64,000 nt of DNA from Octopus bimaculoides (lineage: Eukaryota). Made by a program: the position numbers and the translations under genes. Of this stretch, positions 27,655 through 40,781 are shown one piece after another. The DNA lies in NCBI RefSeq assembly GCF_001194135.2, contig NC_068983.1, positions 75,297,150 through 75,361,149 of the forward strand, read 5' to 3'. The notes under the pieces are model-generated. The model searched no databases. It was not told the DNA's origin and saw nothing but the letters and a program-made list of their open reading frames with translations. Every line of letters begins with the position of its first letter. Position 1 is the first letter of the stretch.

Positions 27655-28376
27655 ATTTGGTAGACGGAAACTGAAAGAAGCCCATCGTATATACATAGAC
27701 ATATATATGTGTATGTGTGTACGTATGTATGTGTGTGTGTGTGTGTGTGTGTTTGTCCTCTCACCATCACTTGACAATCGATGTTGGTGAGTTTACGTGC
27801 CCGAAACTTAGCAGTTCAGCAAAAGAGACTGATAGAATAAGTACTAGGCTTACAAAGAATAAATCCTGGGGTCGATTTGTTTGACTAAAGGTGGTGCTCC
27901 AGCGTAGCTGTAGTCAAATGACTGAAACAAGTAAAAGAATATATATATATTTGTGTGTGTATATATATCACACACAGGAATGGCTGTGTGGTAAGTAGCT
28001 TGCTTACGAACCACATGGTTCTGGGCTCAGTCACACTGCATGGCATCTCGGGCAAGTGTCTTCTACTATAGCTTCGGGCCGGGCCGACCAAAGCCTTGTG
28101 AGTGCATTTGGTAGGCGGAAACTGAAAGAAGCCTGTCGTATATCTGTATATATATGTGTTTGCGTATGTTTGTGTGTCTGTGTTTGTCCCCCTAGCATTG
28201 CTTGACAACCGATGCTGGTGTGTTTATGTCCCCATTACTTAGTGGTTCGGCAAAAGAAACCAATAGAATAAGTACTAGGCTTACAAAGAATAAATCCTGG
28301 GGTCGATTTGCTCAACTAAAGGCGGTGTTCCAGCATGGCCGCAGTCAAATGACCAAAACAAGTAAAAGAGAAAAGA
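27655..28376 (+). mobile_element. Two tandem SINE family A copies (3' part 27655-27940; full copy 27975-28376)
   Basis: Repeated GAAACTGAAAGAAGCC...GAATAAGTACTAGGCTTACAAAGAATAAATCCTGGGGTCGATTTG. Confidence 0.9.
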
Positions 28377-29959
28377 AAAATACATACATACACACAGAAA
28401 ATGTCTTGGCATTGTGCGAAGGTTCTAAATGAGCATCATCATCATTCGGAATGAAGTTCATTTCCAGTGTTCAACAAAAAACATGTCTAGCTATGGGAAA
28501 ACATTGGAAACAGGTGAGGGTTGGAAACAGGGAGAACAGAAATCTGCCTTAACAAATTTCATCTGACTCAAGCAAGCATGGACATGTAGACGTTAAATCA
28601 TGATATGACAGGCTTCTGCACAGTTTTTGTCTACCAAAATTCACTTGTGTGGAATAGAGTGAATCTGAGACTACAACAGAAGATACATACCAAGGTACTG
28701 CCACTGTGGGGTCAAATCCCAGATGATGTGATTTCAAAGCGAGCTTCTCAATCATGCAGCCTTGTGCATCAATACAATACTGGTTAGAAATTTTGGTGGC
28801 ACAAGGCCAGCAGTTTCAGAGAAGTGGGTAAGTTGATTACATCAGTCCTAGTGCTCAGCTAGTACTTTATCAACCCCCGAAAGGATGAAAGGCAAAGTCT
28901 TGCTGGAATTTGAACTCATTATGTAGTGATGGATAAAATGCCGCTAAGCAGTTCACCCAGCAATGCTTAACAGTTCTGCCAGCTTGCTGATTTCATGAAA
29001 ATAATATTAAATGCAAAGCAATAATCCAAATTTTTCCTGCTTTACATAAATACATATCAGAATTAGTAGACAAGTTAAACTGAATGGAATTTGCATTTTA
29101 ACAAGTGTAACTATAGCTGTTTAGTGTCGATCAATGATACAGCTTTCACTAAAAACAGTTGTTTAATGATGACAACTGAAAATTCATTAAGTTCACTTGA
29201 TCAGAACCGCCAGATGACAGTATGTGTCAACAAAAAAGGTCTTTATGTGGTCATTTAACTTGCTAGATAATGTAGCTGAATCTCCCTTAAATCATACTGT
29301 TTCGCAACTACGGAAAGACACTCTATAATGCGGTCCTCAATAGTACATTGCCTGAATAAAAAGACGTTTATATGAGCTGATACATCATTGATGATATGTC
29401 TGCTAGATTAAAGACTGACCTGGTAGACAAAACACCAACAATTTTAGACTAAATAACAGAAACTAAAGTAGAGACAATGACAGAAATAATAGCAAGAATA
29501 TTCTTTAAAATACATTTATGAACTAATTTCATTAGTAAACATTTCAGCTCTTTGGTACCAGAAATATGCATGTGTACATAGACATCCACTCACAAAACAC
29601 ACACACATACGTGTACATGCTTGTAAACAAACACACCTGCAAATATATATTTTCAAACACACACACACTGAATTTTAAATGCACATGCACACATACATGC
29701 TAAGACATCTGCAACATACAAACTTCTACACACATGCAGTTACACATGTTATTTAAACACACATGCACACACATTTGAATGTGCAACTGCAAACAGTTGC
29801 AAATGGCAGCTACAAGCACACATACACAAATTTCCCAATACACACACACCTATAAACACACACACACTTCTGCATGCTTGTAAACACGCACATGCTCACA
29901 TACACACATTTGTAAACAAACACTTGAAATCTCAAATACTTGTACACACACACCAACAA

Positions 29960-29996
<37 letters not shown>

Positions 29997-30107
29997 TACA
30001 ATTGCTTTAACAACACTAGCAGTGAATACTATTGAAGCAGTTTTCAGTTACACCTGTTGTAGTTGAGATGGATTTTGCTAATACTAATTTTATGATTAGC
30101 TATTTAC

Positions 30108-30167
30108 CTGAGGCAGAGAAGACAATAGACAAGGATGTTGTGCTAGCATTATACCAGTCATTGAAAG
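30108..30167 (-). CDS. Candidate 60-nt exon (FNDWYNASTTSLSIVFSAS or LSMTGIMLAQHPCLLSSLPQ)
   Basis: Donor CAG|GTAAAT and acceptor TATCTTAAG; frame-preserving length; two open frames. Confidence 0.3.
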
Positions 30168-30429
30168 CTTAAGATACTGACATGGCTTCCAATCATTTAT
30201 GTATATTATATCTGAATTTTATCAGCTATGAATAATAACAATAATAACAGTTTCTGATTTAGGTACAAGACCAGCAATTTTGAAGGAAGGCAGTAGCAAA
30301 TTATATTGACCCCAGTGCTTGGCTGGTACTTATTTCATCAACCTTGAAGGGATGAAAAGCAAAGTTGACCTTGGTGGAATTTGAAATCAGAACATAAAAG
30401 AGACAGAAGCATTACAGAAACTCATACTC

Positions 30430-30816
30430 TTTTTTTTTTTACTTGTTTCAGTCATTTGACTGTGGCCATGCTGGAGCACTACCTTTATTCGAGCAAATCG
30501 ACCCCAGGACTTATTCTATGTAAGCCTAGTACTTATTCTATCCGTCTCTTTTGCCGAACCGCTAAGTTACGGGCACGTAAACACACCAGCATCGGTTGTC
30601 AAGCGATGTAAGGGGAAAGAAACACAGACACACATATATATACATATATACGACGGGCTTCTTTCAGTTTCCATCTACCAAATCCACTCACAACACAAGG
30701 CTTTGGTCGGCCCAAGGCTATAGTAGAAGACACTTGCACAAGGTGCCACGCAGTGGGACTGAACCCAGGACCATGTGGCTCGTAAGCAAGCTACTTACCA
30801 CACAGCCACTCCTACG
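30430..30816 (-). mobile_element. SINE family A, young
   Basis: Complete, CpG-rich copy. Confidence 0.9.
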
Positions 30817-31992
30817 CCATAAGCATTTTCTCCCATGTTCCAATGATTCTGCCAGTTTGGTGCCTTTTAATAATGGTCTCAAATTTCAGCACAAAGCCAA
30901 CAATTTCAAGAGTGATGAAGGTAGGGGTGTAACTTGATACTACCGAGCCCCATACTTAACTGGTACTTTATCAACTCTGAAAGGGTAAAAGGCTTGGTTA
31001 ATTTGAACCATGGTGAGATTTGAACTGAGAATGCAGGAACTCTTAATTGTTATGACTCACTCTCTCAACATAAATACAAGATTAGCCTATGGTTCTTGTC
31101 TGATTAACGTAACCCAACAACTTACTCCCAACCCCACCCCTCACCTCAAAATTGCTGGACTTGTGCCAAAATTTGAAACCAGTATTAAATGGCTGCAAGC
31201 TACTAGCAGACTCATTGGCACACAGGACAAAATGCTGACCGCTGAAATCAAACAATGTTAAACCTAGTTAGTACTTAGATAGGTGACCACTTGGGAAACT
31301 CAGGTACTGTAAACATCACTTTATGATGGTGAGCTGGCAGAATCATTAATGCATCAAACAAAATGCTTAGTGGTATTTCTTCTCACTCTTTACATTCTGA
31401 GTTCAAATCCTACTAAAGCCAACTCAGCCTTTCATCCTTTCAGGGTCAATAAAATACATTACCAATCTAGTACTACAGTCAATGTAATCAACTTTATCCC
31501 TCTCCACAAAATTGTTAGCTGTGTGCCACAATTAGCAAGAGTTACTACTACTACAACCACCACTGCCATCATCATCATCTTTACTCCTATTGTTTCATTT
31601 GTAATTCCTGTATTGTATTCTGCTGGACAGAGGCCAAACCATGGGCATAAAACTTCCTTGGAAAGGCTTACACTTGACAGAAAGTACTCAATATATTATT
31701 ATGTGAGCTGTTCCCAATAGAGCTTATTCTCAGCTGCTCAGATATTAATGTTGCTTGAGATATGGTTGGCAAGCTTTTCTCATCTCTTCCTCATAAGTGC
31801 TACAGCTCTAATGACCACTGGAATTATTTTATATACTATTTTGATTTCCAACTCCAAGCCATTATTGCTATTTCATTGCACAGTATGCATATAAACTTAG
31901 ATAAACTTAGATATGTTTTGACCAAAGATTGGTCCAGGCCATGTCTAACTTAATAGCACCACCTGATAGGATTATCTAGATCCTTTTTACAG

Positions 31993-32403
31993 TCAAGTTT
32001 TGTTTATGGTCCATTCAAGTAGTGAGTTCTTATTGAGTGAGTTGTATCCAGGTATGGGTGGCTTGTCTGGTATTCCTTGAAGAAATCTGTCTAGACTCCG
32101 TTTAAAGCTGATAAGATCCTTTTCCTCTTTTATCTGTTTCGGGACAATGTTAAACAGGGCAGGGCCTGTTGAGGAAAAGAAATTATGCCACAGTGTACCT
32201 ATATGTTGTGATCCTGAATTGGGCAGGGGACATATGGCTCGTAGTCCCAGCCTTGGATGAACCTTGAAGCTAATGTTCAGGTCGTTTGGGCAATGCTGGC
32301 GGTATATTTTCCACATCGTACAGATGATGTACCACTCGTGGCGGCACTGGAGAGAGTAGAGCTTCAAGGCTTTAAGGCGGTCCCAGTAATCAAGATCATT
32401 CAT
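31993..32403 (-). pseudogene. CR1/L2-group LINE ORF2 C-terminal fragment
   Basis: LDYWDRLKALKLYSLQ.R...WKI...P...GPALFN..P..IK....FKRSLD.FL..IPD.P..PGY...NSL matches the CR1-group C-terminal signature. Confidence 0.85.
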
Positions 32404-32509
32404 GCCTTCAATTCATTTATACAATACTGTTTTTGTTGCTTTTCTTTCTTTTTCCTGTTAATTGCCAATCCTTAAAAGAACAGGGGAAAAAGCCTCAGAC
32501 AGAAAATAC

Positions 32510-32621
32510 CTTTTTAAGAATAAGAGTTGTTCCAAGGAAGGCAGATTTGGGAAACTTCCATATATCTGTTTTGATATTCGACTGTTCCACATGATATAGT
32601 TTTTTTTGTGGAGGATTGAAC
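32510..32621 (-). CDS. Candidate 112-nt exon
   Basis: Acceptor GCATTTAG and donor AAG|GTATTT; two stop-free frames (FNPPQKKLYHVEQSNIKTDIWKFPKSAFLGTTLILKK or SILHKKNYIMWNSRISKQIYGSFPNLPSLEQLLFLK). Confidence 0.3.
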
Positions 32622-35099
32622 CTAAATGCTCCAATGATAAATAATACAACTTTCACTTCTGTTGCTGGGTATCTCCATATCCTTGATATTTATTAGGAAT
32701 GTGGGAATGCTCAGCAGCAAATATTATTATCATTACTACTCAGAATCATCAGCATGCCAGACAAAATGCTTAGCACCATTTCAGCCATCTTTATGTTGTG
32801 TTTAAATTTCGCCAAGGCCAACTTTGCCTTGCATCCTTTTGGGGCTGATGAAATAAGTACCAGTTGATCACTGGAGTCAACATAATCAACTAGCCCCCTC
32901 CCGCAAAACATTAGATTGTGTGCATGTAGTAGGAAGGATTATTATTATTACTATTCTACTATAAAGCAGTAAGCTACCAAAATTTTTAACATGCTGGACT
33001 AAAGCGCTTAGTAGTACTTCTGGCTTTATGTTCTGAGTTAAAAAAACCACTGAGGTCAACTTTACCTTTCATCCTTTCAGAATCGATAAATAAAGTACCA
33101 GTTGAGCACAGGGGTTGATGTAATTTATTTACCAACCTCTCCTGGAATTGCTGGCTTTAGGCTAAAATGTGAAGCTATTATTATTATTCTACCATGAAAT
33201 CTGTTGGACACTATACCACTAATGTAATATATGTAAATGTCTCCACAGAAACACACATATAAAAATTTCCTTCTCAAAGATTTTTAGTGCAATTCTGTGC
33301 ACTTAACTTCACTTGCCTAGTAATAGTTGGACATAGCTGTACCTAAATGAAGAGATGATTAGTGTAAAATAACTATCTATGCAGCAGTTGTTACTTACAT
33401 TTGAATATGTCATCTGTACTATTATTAGATTGCATGCCTCAGCCAAAATACTTATTTTTTCCCAACCAACATTATATTCAAATACTTGTCCAAAAATACT
33501 ATTACTGGCTGATTAATCAGTCTAATTACTGATTGCTCCTTAATTGACAAGTAGCTGGTACAGTGACTTTAGAAATACAGAAACACTGCTCATTTAAATA
33601 GGAACCAGTGTCTGCCAGAAGATCTTTGCTTACACTACAAAAGGTCATGCGATCTAACCAACTTAGAAACTAACGCACTGAAAGATTAATCAGCTATGTT
33701 ATTGTTGCTGTTTAGCCCAAGGTTAGCTTTAATCAACACGCCCATGATCAAAAGTATTCCATTCATGATCATCCTGTCATATATTCACACAGTGGCATTA
33801 GGGACCACATTAACCAATGTGTCCTTCCCCTTTTAAAAGAATAGTCAGAAGGAATTCAAGAATGGTTCTTGGTAGCTATTTCTAACAGATTACAAGATAA
33901 AACACAGCTTTGGCATTAGCAGGGGGCTGAAAATATTTCAAACATGGTACCTTAAAAATATTTGAATATACTAATTAAAATGTAAGTAGGTTAATAGTAA
34001 ATGAATGAGTTTGTTTCACAGAGGACTATTCAGTTGTTCAACCAACTGAATAGACTGTCCATCCAAGAAGGCTACTTTCATTAGACCAATGTCTGGTCCA
34101 GAGAAAATTCATTGAATAACTTGCTCCATAAGAAAAAAAATCAACACCTCAGCAACAGCAATCAATCAGAGACAATACCATTCAGGATATAGAAGTGACA
34201 TTTATTTATTTATTTAGAACCAGTTGAACTCGAAAAATTCTCAGAAACACAAACATGACAGCTACTCTAAAGATACAGATGACGGGACAAAAAAAAAAAC
34301 AGGAGGTGGGGACATGAAAATTTAAATACTAATTAAAATTCTTTTGTTAGATAATTAGTTAAAGCAATTACTGACCACAGTGATGAGATGGGTACACAAT
34401 TCTCAAATTGAAAATTTTTTCTATGGCCTAAATTACTCACTATTATAAGGAAGCTAAATTTATTTACTCAATAAATACAACACCATTTAATAATAGTTAA
34501 AATTAAATGACTCAACCAAAGAACATGTGTTCTTAAGAGGTGTAAAAATAAGTCATCATGACTAAAACATAAGAGGCTAACTACAGAGACTTTACAAAAC
34601 ATTTTAACTTGTCCGTGTACTTAACTCACTGGTACAGCTTCATACAATGTTTTTTTTTGTTTTTTGTTTTTTTTTTCTTAAGGGATTAGTCAGTGGAGAA
34701 AGGACATGGCCAATGACCCTTTGCAGGACTTCCAAGACTGGTGAGAGGAAATTATCCTCAGACAAGAGACCTAATGTGAATACTTGTAACAGAATAGTTA
34801 GTCTCTGCTAAAGGCATCTATCTATTCACCAGACAGTAGTTCACATTAATCTGAGAATCTTCTAGAAAGGATGACAGGTGAGAGAAAGAAATGTGAAAAA
34901 AATGAACCTACATAGGTGACTGATCACTGGGAAATATATTCATTGGCTATGTGACTGAGAAGTTTGCTTCATAACAACAAGGTCTTGGGATAAATCCCAC
35001 AACACAGTGGACAAGTGTCTTCTACCATTGCTTTGAATCAATCAAAGCCTTGTAAATAAAACTTACTAGACAGAAAAAATCTGAACTGTGTCAAAACTC

Positions 35100-35790
35100 A
35101 CTGAGTATACACAGACACGCACACACACACACACACACATATATATAGATACACACATATACAGATACAAACACACATATATACACACAAACATACATAC
35201 TCATACATACACAAACATATACACACACATATATACACACACACAGACATATATATATATATACATATATATATATACACACACAAACATATACACAAAT
35301 GCATATACACACATGTAGATATATATATGCATACATATATACACACACACACATACACAGACATCCACATATACATACATATACATGCACACATATATAT
35401 ACACATACATGCACACACACACACACATATATACATACACGCATACAAACACATATATGCAAACATATATACACTCATGGAGCTTTAGGTGTTTTCGCTC
35501 AATAAACACAACAGCCAGTCTGAGAATCAAAACCGCGATCCTACGACCACAAGTCCACTGCCCTAACCACTGGGCCATTGTGCCTCCATACACACACACA
35601 CACACATATCTACACACACACACATATCTACACGCAGACACATATATACACACACAGACACATATATACACACGCATATATGCACACACACACACATATA
35701 TATATACACATGTATACACACACATATCCACAAACACACACCCATAAAATGCAGATGTGTACTCACACACAGATATGCATCGACACAAAC
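35100..35790 (+). repeat. Complex (AC/AT)n low-complexity tract interrupted by a SINE head fragment (35478-35585)
   Basis: Alternating purine-pyrimidine sequence; produces the spurious CVCV/HTHT ORFs. Confidence 0.9.
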
Positions 35791-36336
35791 TCCTTAATCA
35801 CATAGCCATGCTTACAGTAAAAGCAAATGTAAAAGTTTTAAAAGAAGAAGCATTACCCAGTTGCTGTTGATTTTTGCCTTCAATAGGCTGCTGCATTCAT
35901 AGACAACTTAACCAGGTCATAACACATAGTTATCTTATTATTCTATCTTCAATACATATGTTGCTTGAATTTTTTTCTTTTTTTTCTTTAAAATATTCAG
36001 TTAACTATGTGAATTAGACAGAGCGGGAAATTGCACTAACCAGTTTGGTAACTCGTTATTTTCAATTCAAATTCCAACTAGGCTCATTTTAAACTTCTGT
36101 CATCCCAAAAACCAAAGAAAGAGATATAACCTTTTAGCATTCAGATTACTGTCAAATGCAATACTTATTTGTTCACATTGCTTTGAATTACTGAATTAAT
36201 CCTGCATTATTATGTTGTATCTTTGAGACTTTAGTGATGTGATTGTTTATTTTTAGAATGAAATTGTAAGGTAAGTATGAAAGGCTGGAGTTAGCCAGTA
36301 ATATAATAATACTTGCTATACTCAATTTATTTAAAT

Positions 36337-36803
36337 CAGTCATGGGCAAACTACAGCCCACAGAACTTTCTGCAAGGTACATCTAATTTCATGAGGAAAA
36401 TAAGGTTTTCAGCTGTGTATGACCTGTTCTGCTTTCAACCATATCCCTCCAAAAACTGACCATGTACCATGTTAGAAAATTTGTTTTAAAAATCACTAAA
36501 CATATAAAGGGAAATGTCTTCAAGCACTACTGCACATTATTTGAAGGTTTGCCCTAAGTTTATGGGTCAAGTCATAAAATAACAGGATATTTGGATAACT
36601 TGTTTTAATGCACTGCAATGATGCATATACATATGTAATTCTTTGCAACAATACGCAGAATGTACATTCATCTCTGTTTTAAAACAATTTCAAAGTTACA
36701 TTTTTTATACAATAAAACTTATAAAAAGGTTTATGATGTGCCATGAGATTTTTTAAATATCTTAACCAGAGTGTCATAGATCAGTAAAAGTGGAAAATCA
36801 CTG
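36337..36803. mobile_element. Possible degenerate hAT non-autonomous element
   Basis: Left end CAGTCATGGGCAAACTACAGCCC and right end GTGGAAAATCACTG; TSD not matched. Confidence 0.35.
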
Positions 36804-37404
36804 AAGGTTACACATTTACTAAAAGAAGTGAGAAATTCTAGGGGGAGCTTGAACAGCAGCAGGTCTTCAGAGAACTCCCTTCATGCAAGTGTTTTGGCCC
36901 TTAATTCTTTAAATTTTAAAGGGGCCAGGCTGCATCCCGGTCATGACTCTTAAGTATTCCTTGCTGCTACATTTTGTGCTACTGTCTGCAGTACAACCTT
37001 CCTGGATGGTTAAGGTACTCAGAACCAAGGTACCCAGAACCAAGGTACCCTAGGTGTTGTAATCAGTTCAGTTGAGACACCAGTTGACTGTAAAATAAAT
37101 TATACCTTCTAAAATTCACTTCCCTTCTTAGACCAGATTCATTTGGAACTCTTCCAGGCTGCTTCTGCCATTGTTTTCCCTGTCTGTATCCAGCCCAAGT
37201 ATTCTACCATTAAAACCAGTCATATCCAGCTCAAATATTCTACAAGTTTTATGTTGAAATGGCCAGATCCTGCCTCTTACACTTGCCCTACAGAAGTCAT
37301 TCCTAAAATAATCAATCACGTCATCATGTTCTTGAATAATGCATGATTAATTCAATAATGCATGATTAATTCAAAAAATGCATGATTAATTCAAAACAAT
37401 GGAA

Positions 37405-37775
37405 GGCACAGACATGGGTGTGTGGTAAGAAGTTTGCTTCCCAACCACAAGGTTCCAGGTTTACTCCCACTGCAGTGCATCTTGTGAGTGGATTTGGTAC
37501 ACAGAAACTGAAAGAACCTATCAAAAAAATATATATACACATACATCTATATGTGTGTGTCTTTTTGTGTCTGTGTTTGTTCCCCACCACCAGTTGACAA
37601 GCAGTGTTGGTGTGTTTATGTTCCCATAACTAAAATGACCAACAGAATAAGTACTAGGCTTTAGAAGAAAAAAAAAAAGTACTAGGGTCGATTCTTTTCG
37701 ACTAACATTCTTCAAGGCGGTGCCCCAGCATGGCTGCAGTCTAATGAGTGAAATAAGTAAAAGATAAATAAGCAT
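37405..37775 (+). mobile_element. SINE family A, CpG-decayed, inserted in a TTAA-family MITE
   Basis: MITE sequence precedes it (37175-37400) and resumes after it (to GCTAAAGGGTTAA at about 37812). Confidence 0.8.
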
Positions 37776-38344
37776 TACATTTAACAAAGTAAACTGAATG
37801 CTAAAGGGTTAAAGTAATGTAATATCCTTTCTGAAGTGACCATATAAAAGAAAAATACTTTCTATTAACCTACATATTGATAGCTGAGACATATTCTACA
37901 CTGTCTACTGAAACAATCAATTAAAAGGTGTCAATAAATAGTTTAGCTTATGTAAAGTTAGACAACACAAAAAAAAAAACCATATTTGCTATTCAATCAT
38001 TGTTACTAAACAAACATTTGAAACGATATAATAAAATGGAGCTGAAGCTATATAGATCTTTGTCCCAACAACAATAACAGAATCCTCTACTTTTATACAC
38101 GTCAATAAGATGTGTGTCTATACTTTCTCAGTTGAAACCATGTGTACTTTGTTTCTTGGATTCTTAAGCTATTATTTAGCCTGAAGTCAACTCTTGACCT
38201 AAGATATTCCAGCTATGACTATTCCAGCATTGTAGGGATATTACTGAAATGTTGGGATGGTCATGCCTTTGAGAGAATTTGATAGGTGGAAACTATGTGG
38301 AAGCCCATTTGTGTATTTGCATATACATATATATATATATGTAT

Positions 38345-38820
38345 ATATGAAATCGAAATCGAACTAAATTCGATGACTGGCACCCATGCCAACATCGTCT
38401 CCTTCATTGGACACGAAACTCGGCTTGCGAAGACCTGTTGGGGCAAGCGAAAGCGAAATCGTGATGGCACCTGTGCCCAGCATCGCCTTTCTGGCACTTG
38501 TGCCCGTGGCATGTGTAAGGACTTTCAAGCAAGATCGTTGCCAGTGCCGCTGGACTGGCTCTTGTGCAGGTGGCACGTAAAATACACCATTTTGAGTGTG
38601 GCCGTTGCCAGTACCGCCTGACTGGCCTTCGTGCCGGTGGCACGTAAAAGCACCCACTACACTCTTGGAGTGGTTGGCATTAGGAAGGGCATCCAGCTGT
38701 AGAAACTCTGCCAAATCAAATTGGAACCTGGTGTAGCCATCTGGTTTCACCAGTCCTCAGTCAAATTGTCCAACCCATGCTAGCATGTAAAGCGGACGTT
38801 AAACGATGATGATGATGATA
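38345..38820 (+). mobile_element. RTE LINE 3' end
   Basis: Young copy ending TAAACGATGATGATGATGAT. Confidence 0.88.
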
Positions 38821-39957
38821 TATCAGTCAGTAGTTCATATATCTGAAAAAGAAACAAACTCTAAAACATTAGAACAGTAGTATACTTAAAAGGTTGTTTG
38901 TTGCGGCTGGTCAGAGAGTGACCATTCATTTTGAACCTATAAAGTGCTTAGCTGGATAGGTAACTCATCAGACACAATTACCCATTTGAGTCTTACGAGT
39001 TACCTATACAGCTAAGTGCTCCATAAATGTGAAAGCAATGGTGACTCTCTCTGATCAGCCATAAGAAACAACCTTCTAAATGTTTGTGTGTGTGCATAAA
39101 TATGCACCTTTGTTTCTCCACCACTGCTTGAAATAAATGTTGGTTTGTTTATGTCTCCATAACTAAGCAGTTTGGCAAAAGAGATGGGCAGAATAACTAC
39201 CATATTTAAAAAACATGGTACTACAGTCAATTTGTTCAATTAAACCCTTCAAGGTGGTACCTCAGCATGGCCAGCAGTGCAATGACAGGAACAAGTCAAA
39301 AAAATAAAAGACAGCATACCCATCAATGTAGATGGATATACTCTCCACAGAAAGAGGCCCCCATCCAAAACCTGCTTACTCAGGATAAAGAAAAAAGAAG
39401 AAGCACAAGACAAGGATGGGTGGTAAAGCTATAATTTACCAACTATTCTGTCATTAATGTTTAGTATTTCAAGATCAAATAATTTTCATGGCTGACTTAA
39501 CCCTTTCCACTCTCTGATATAGCTATGAGATGGGGAGAGAGAGGAAGGCTTCACTGACAGGATCAGTAGCAGTGGCATGTTCTGAAGACAAAAAAAAAAA
39601 AAAAAAAAAAAAAAACCAACAGAAGCTAAAAACAATATCTTTTTTTTTTTAATGGGGAATTTGTGGATGGCCAACTCTCATCAGACAGATGGCTATCAAG
39701 CACCAATCAAACATCTAGTCCATATAAATTAAAGACTGCTAAAAGTATTTACAAGTCCATACTATATGATTACCAAACATCAAGTATGTGAAAACAATTT
39801 TTTTTTTTTTATTTATATTTATTTTTATTTATTATTACTGCTTTCAGTTAATAAACTGCAACCATGCTGTGATATGGCATGCAAGGTTTATAAATTGATC
39901 ACAACAAACCCAAGTACTCATTTCAGTCTGGTACTTATTTTATTATGGAAGACGCAC

Positions 39958-40185
39958 TTAACCCCTTCCAGACGGATTGAGTACTGACAGTCTGTGTGGT
40001 GTACCTGTATTAGGTCATTCAGTAACAACGTAATTTTTCATACAAGGAATTTTACAGCGTATTTAGAGATTCTTCTCAATGTGGTATATTTGAAAACACA
40101 GTGCCGCACAGAGTGAAACATCGCACTGCTCACACGCACAATGTTTCAATGCGGTCAGAACCTCTTCTTGTCTGCAAGAGGTTAA
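39958..40185 (-). mobile_element. piggyBac deletion derivative retaining the cysteine-rich C-terminal tail
   Basis: TTAA at 39958-39961 and 40182-40185; TIRs CCCCTTCCAGAC / CCTCTTGCAGAC. The minus strand encodes ...CEQCDVSLCAALCFQIYHIEKNL*, the piggyBac C..C.V.LC...CF..YH motif. Confidence 0.85.
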
Positions 40186-40781
40186 GTCATTCAAAATACA
40201 CAAAATTTTGATGCTAAATAACAAATAATAAATATTAAAGTGAAGTTAACAGTCTTTGCATGTTGGATCTCTTCAGTTTGGCTCACAGATTTTTTTATTA
40301 TTTTTTTTTTTAACTAAATTGTTTGAAACTTCATATACTGGTGTAATTTCTCACACTGAACATGGTTTATTTTCAACATAAGTTTCGTATTTTAGAAGTT
40401 ATTTCAAGCTAAAGTTGTCATATTTGGGTAATTTTAACCAATCAATGATGGGTATTCAGCTGAAGAAACCTACTGCTGTTTGCAATAGTAATCGAAGAGC
40501 AACAACTTCCGGGTCTCACAAACAGCAGTTGGTTTCTTCAGCTGAATACATGTCATTGATTGGTTAAAATTACCCAAATATGACAACTTTAACATGAAAT
40601 AACTTCTAAAATATGGAATTTTGTCAAAAATATTGAAAATAAACTGTGATCAGCATGAGAAATGTTGAAAATAAACCATATTCAGCATGAGAAACAAAGC
40701 TTTAAACTGTTTAGTTAAAAAAAAAAAAAAAAAAAAATCTGTGAGCCAAAACTGAAGAGATCCTGCAAGTTTTTGAATGAC
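40186..40781. mobile_element. About 600-bp foldback (palindromic) element
   Basis: Inner arms of about 100 bp (40384-40482 vs 40519-40620), outer arms GGATCTCTTCAGTTT..GCTCACAGAT / ATCTGTGAGC..AAACTGAAGAGATCC, and termini GTCATTCAAAA / TTTTGAATGAC. Confidence 0.85.

Noticed and set aside
34026-34053. 11-bp perfect hairpin CTATTCAGTTG/CAACTGAATAG
   Set aside because: Too short for a pre-miRNA and plausible by chance in 64 kb of AT-rich DNA.
38790-38843. Strong minus-strand acceptor GTTTGTTTCTTTTTCAG
   Set aside because: It reads directly into an RTE tail with no donor; at most a cryptic terminal exon.
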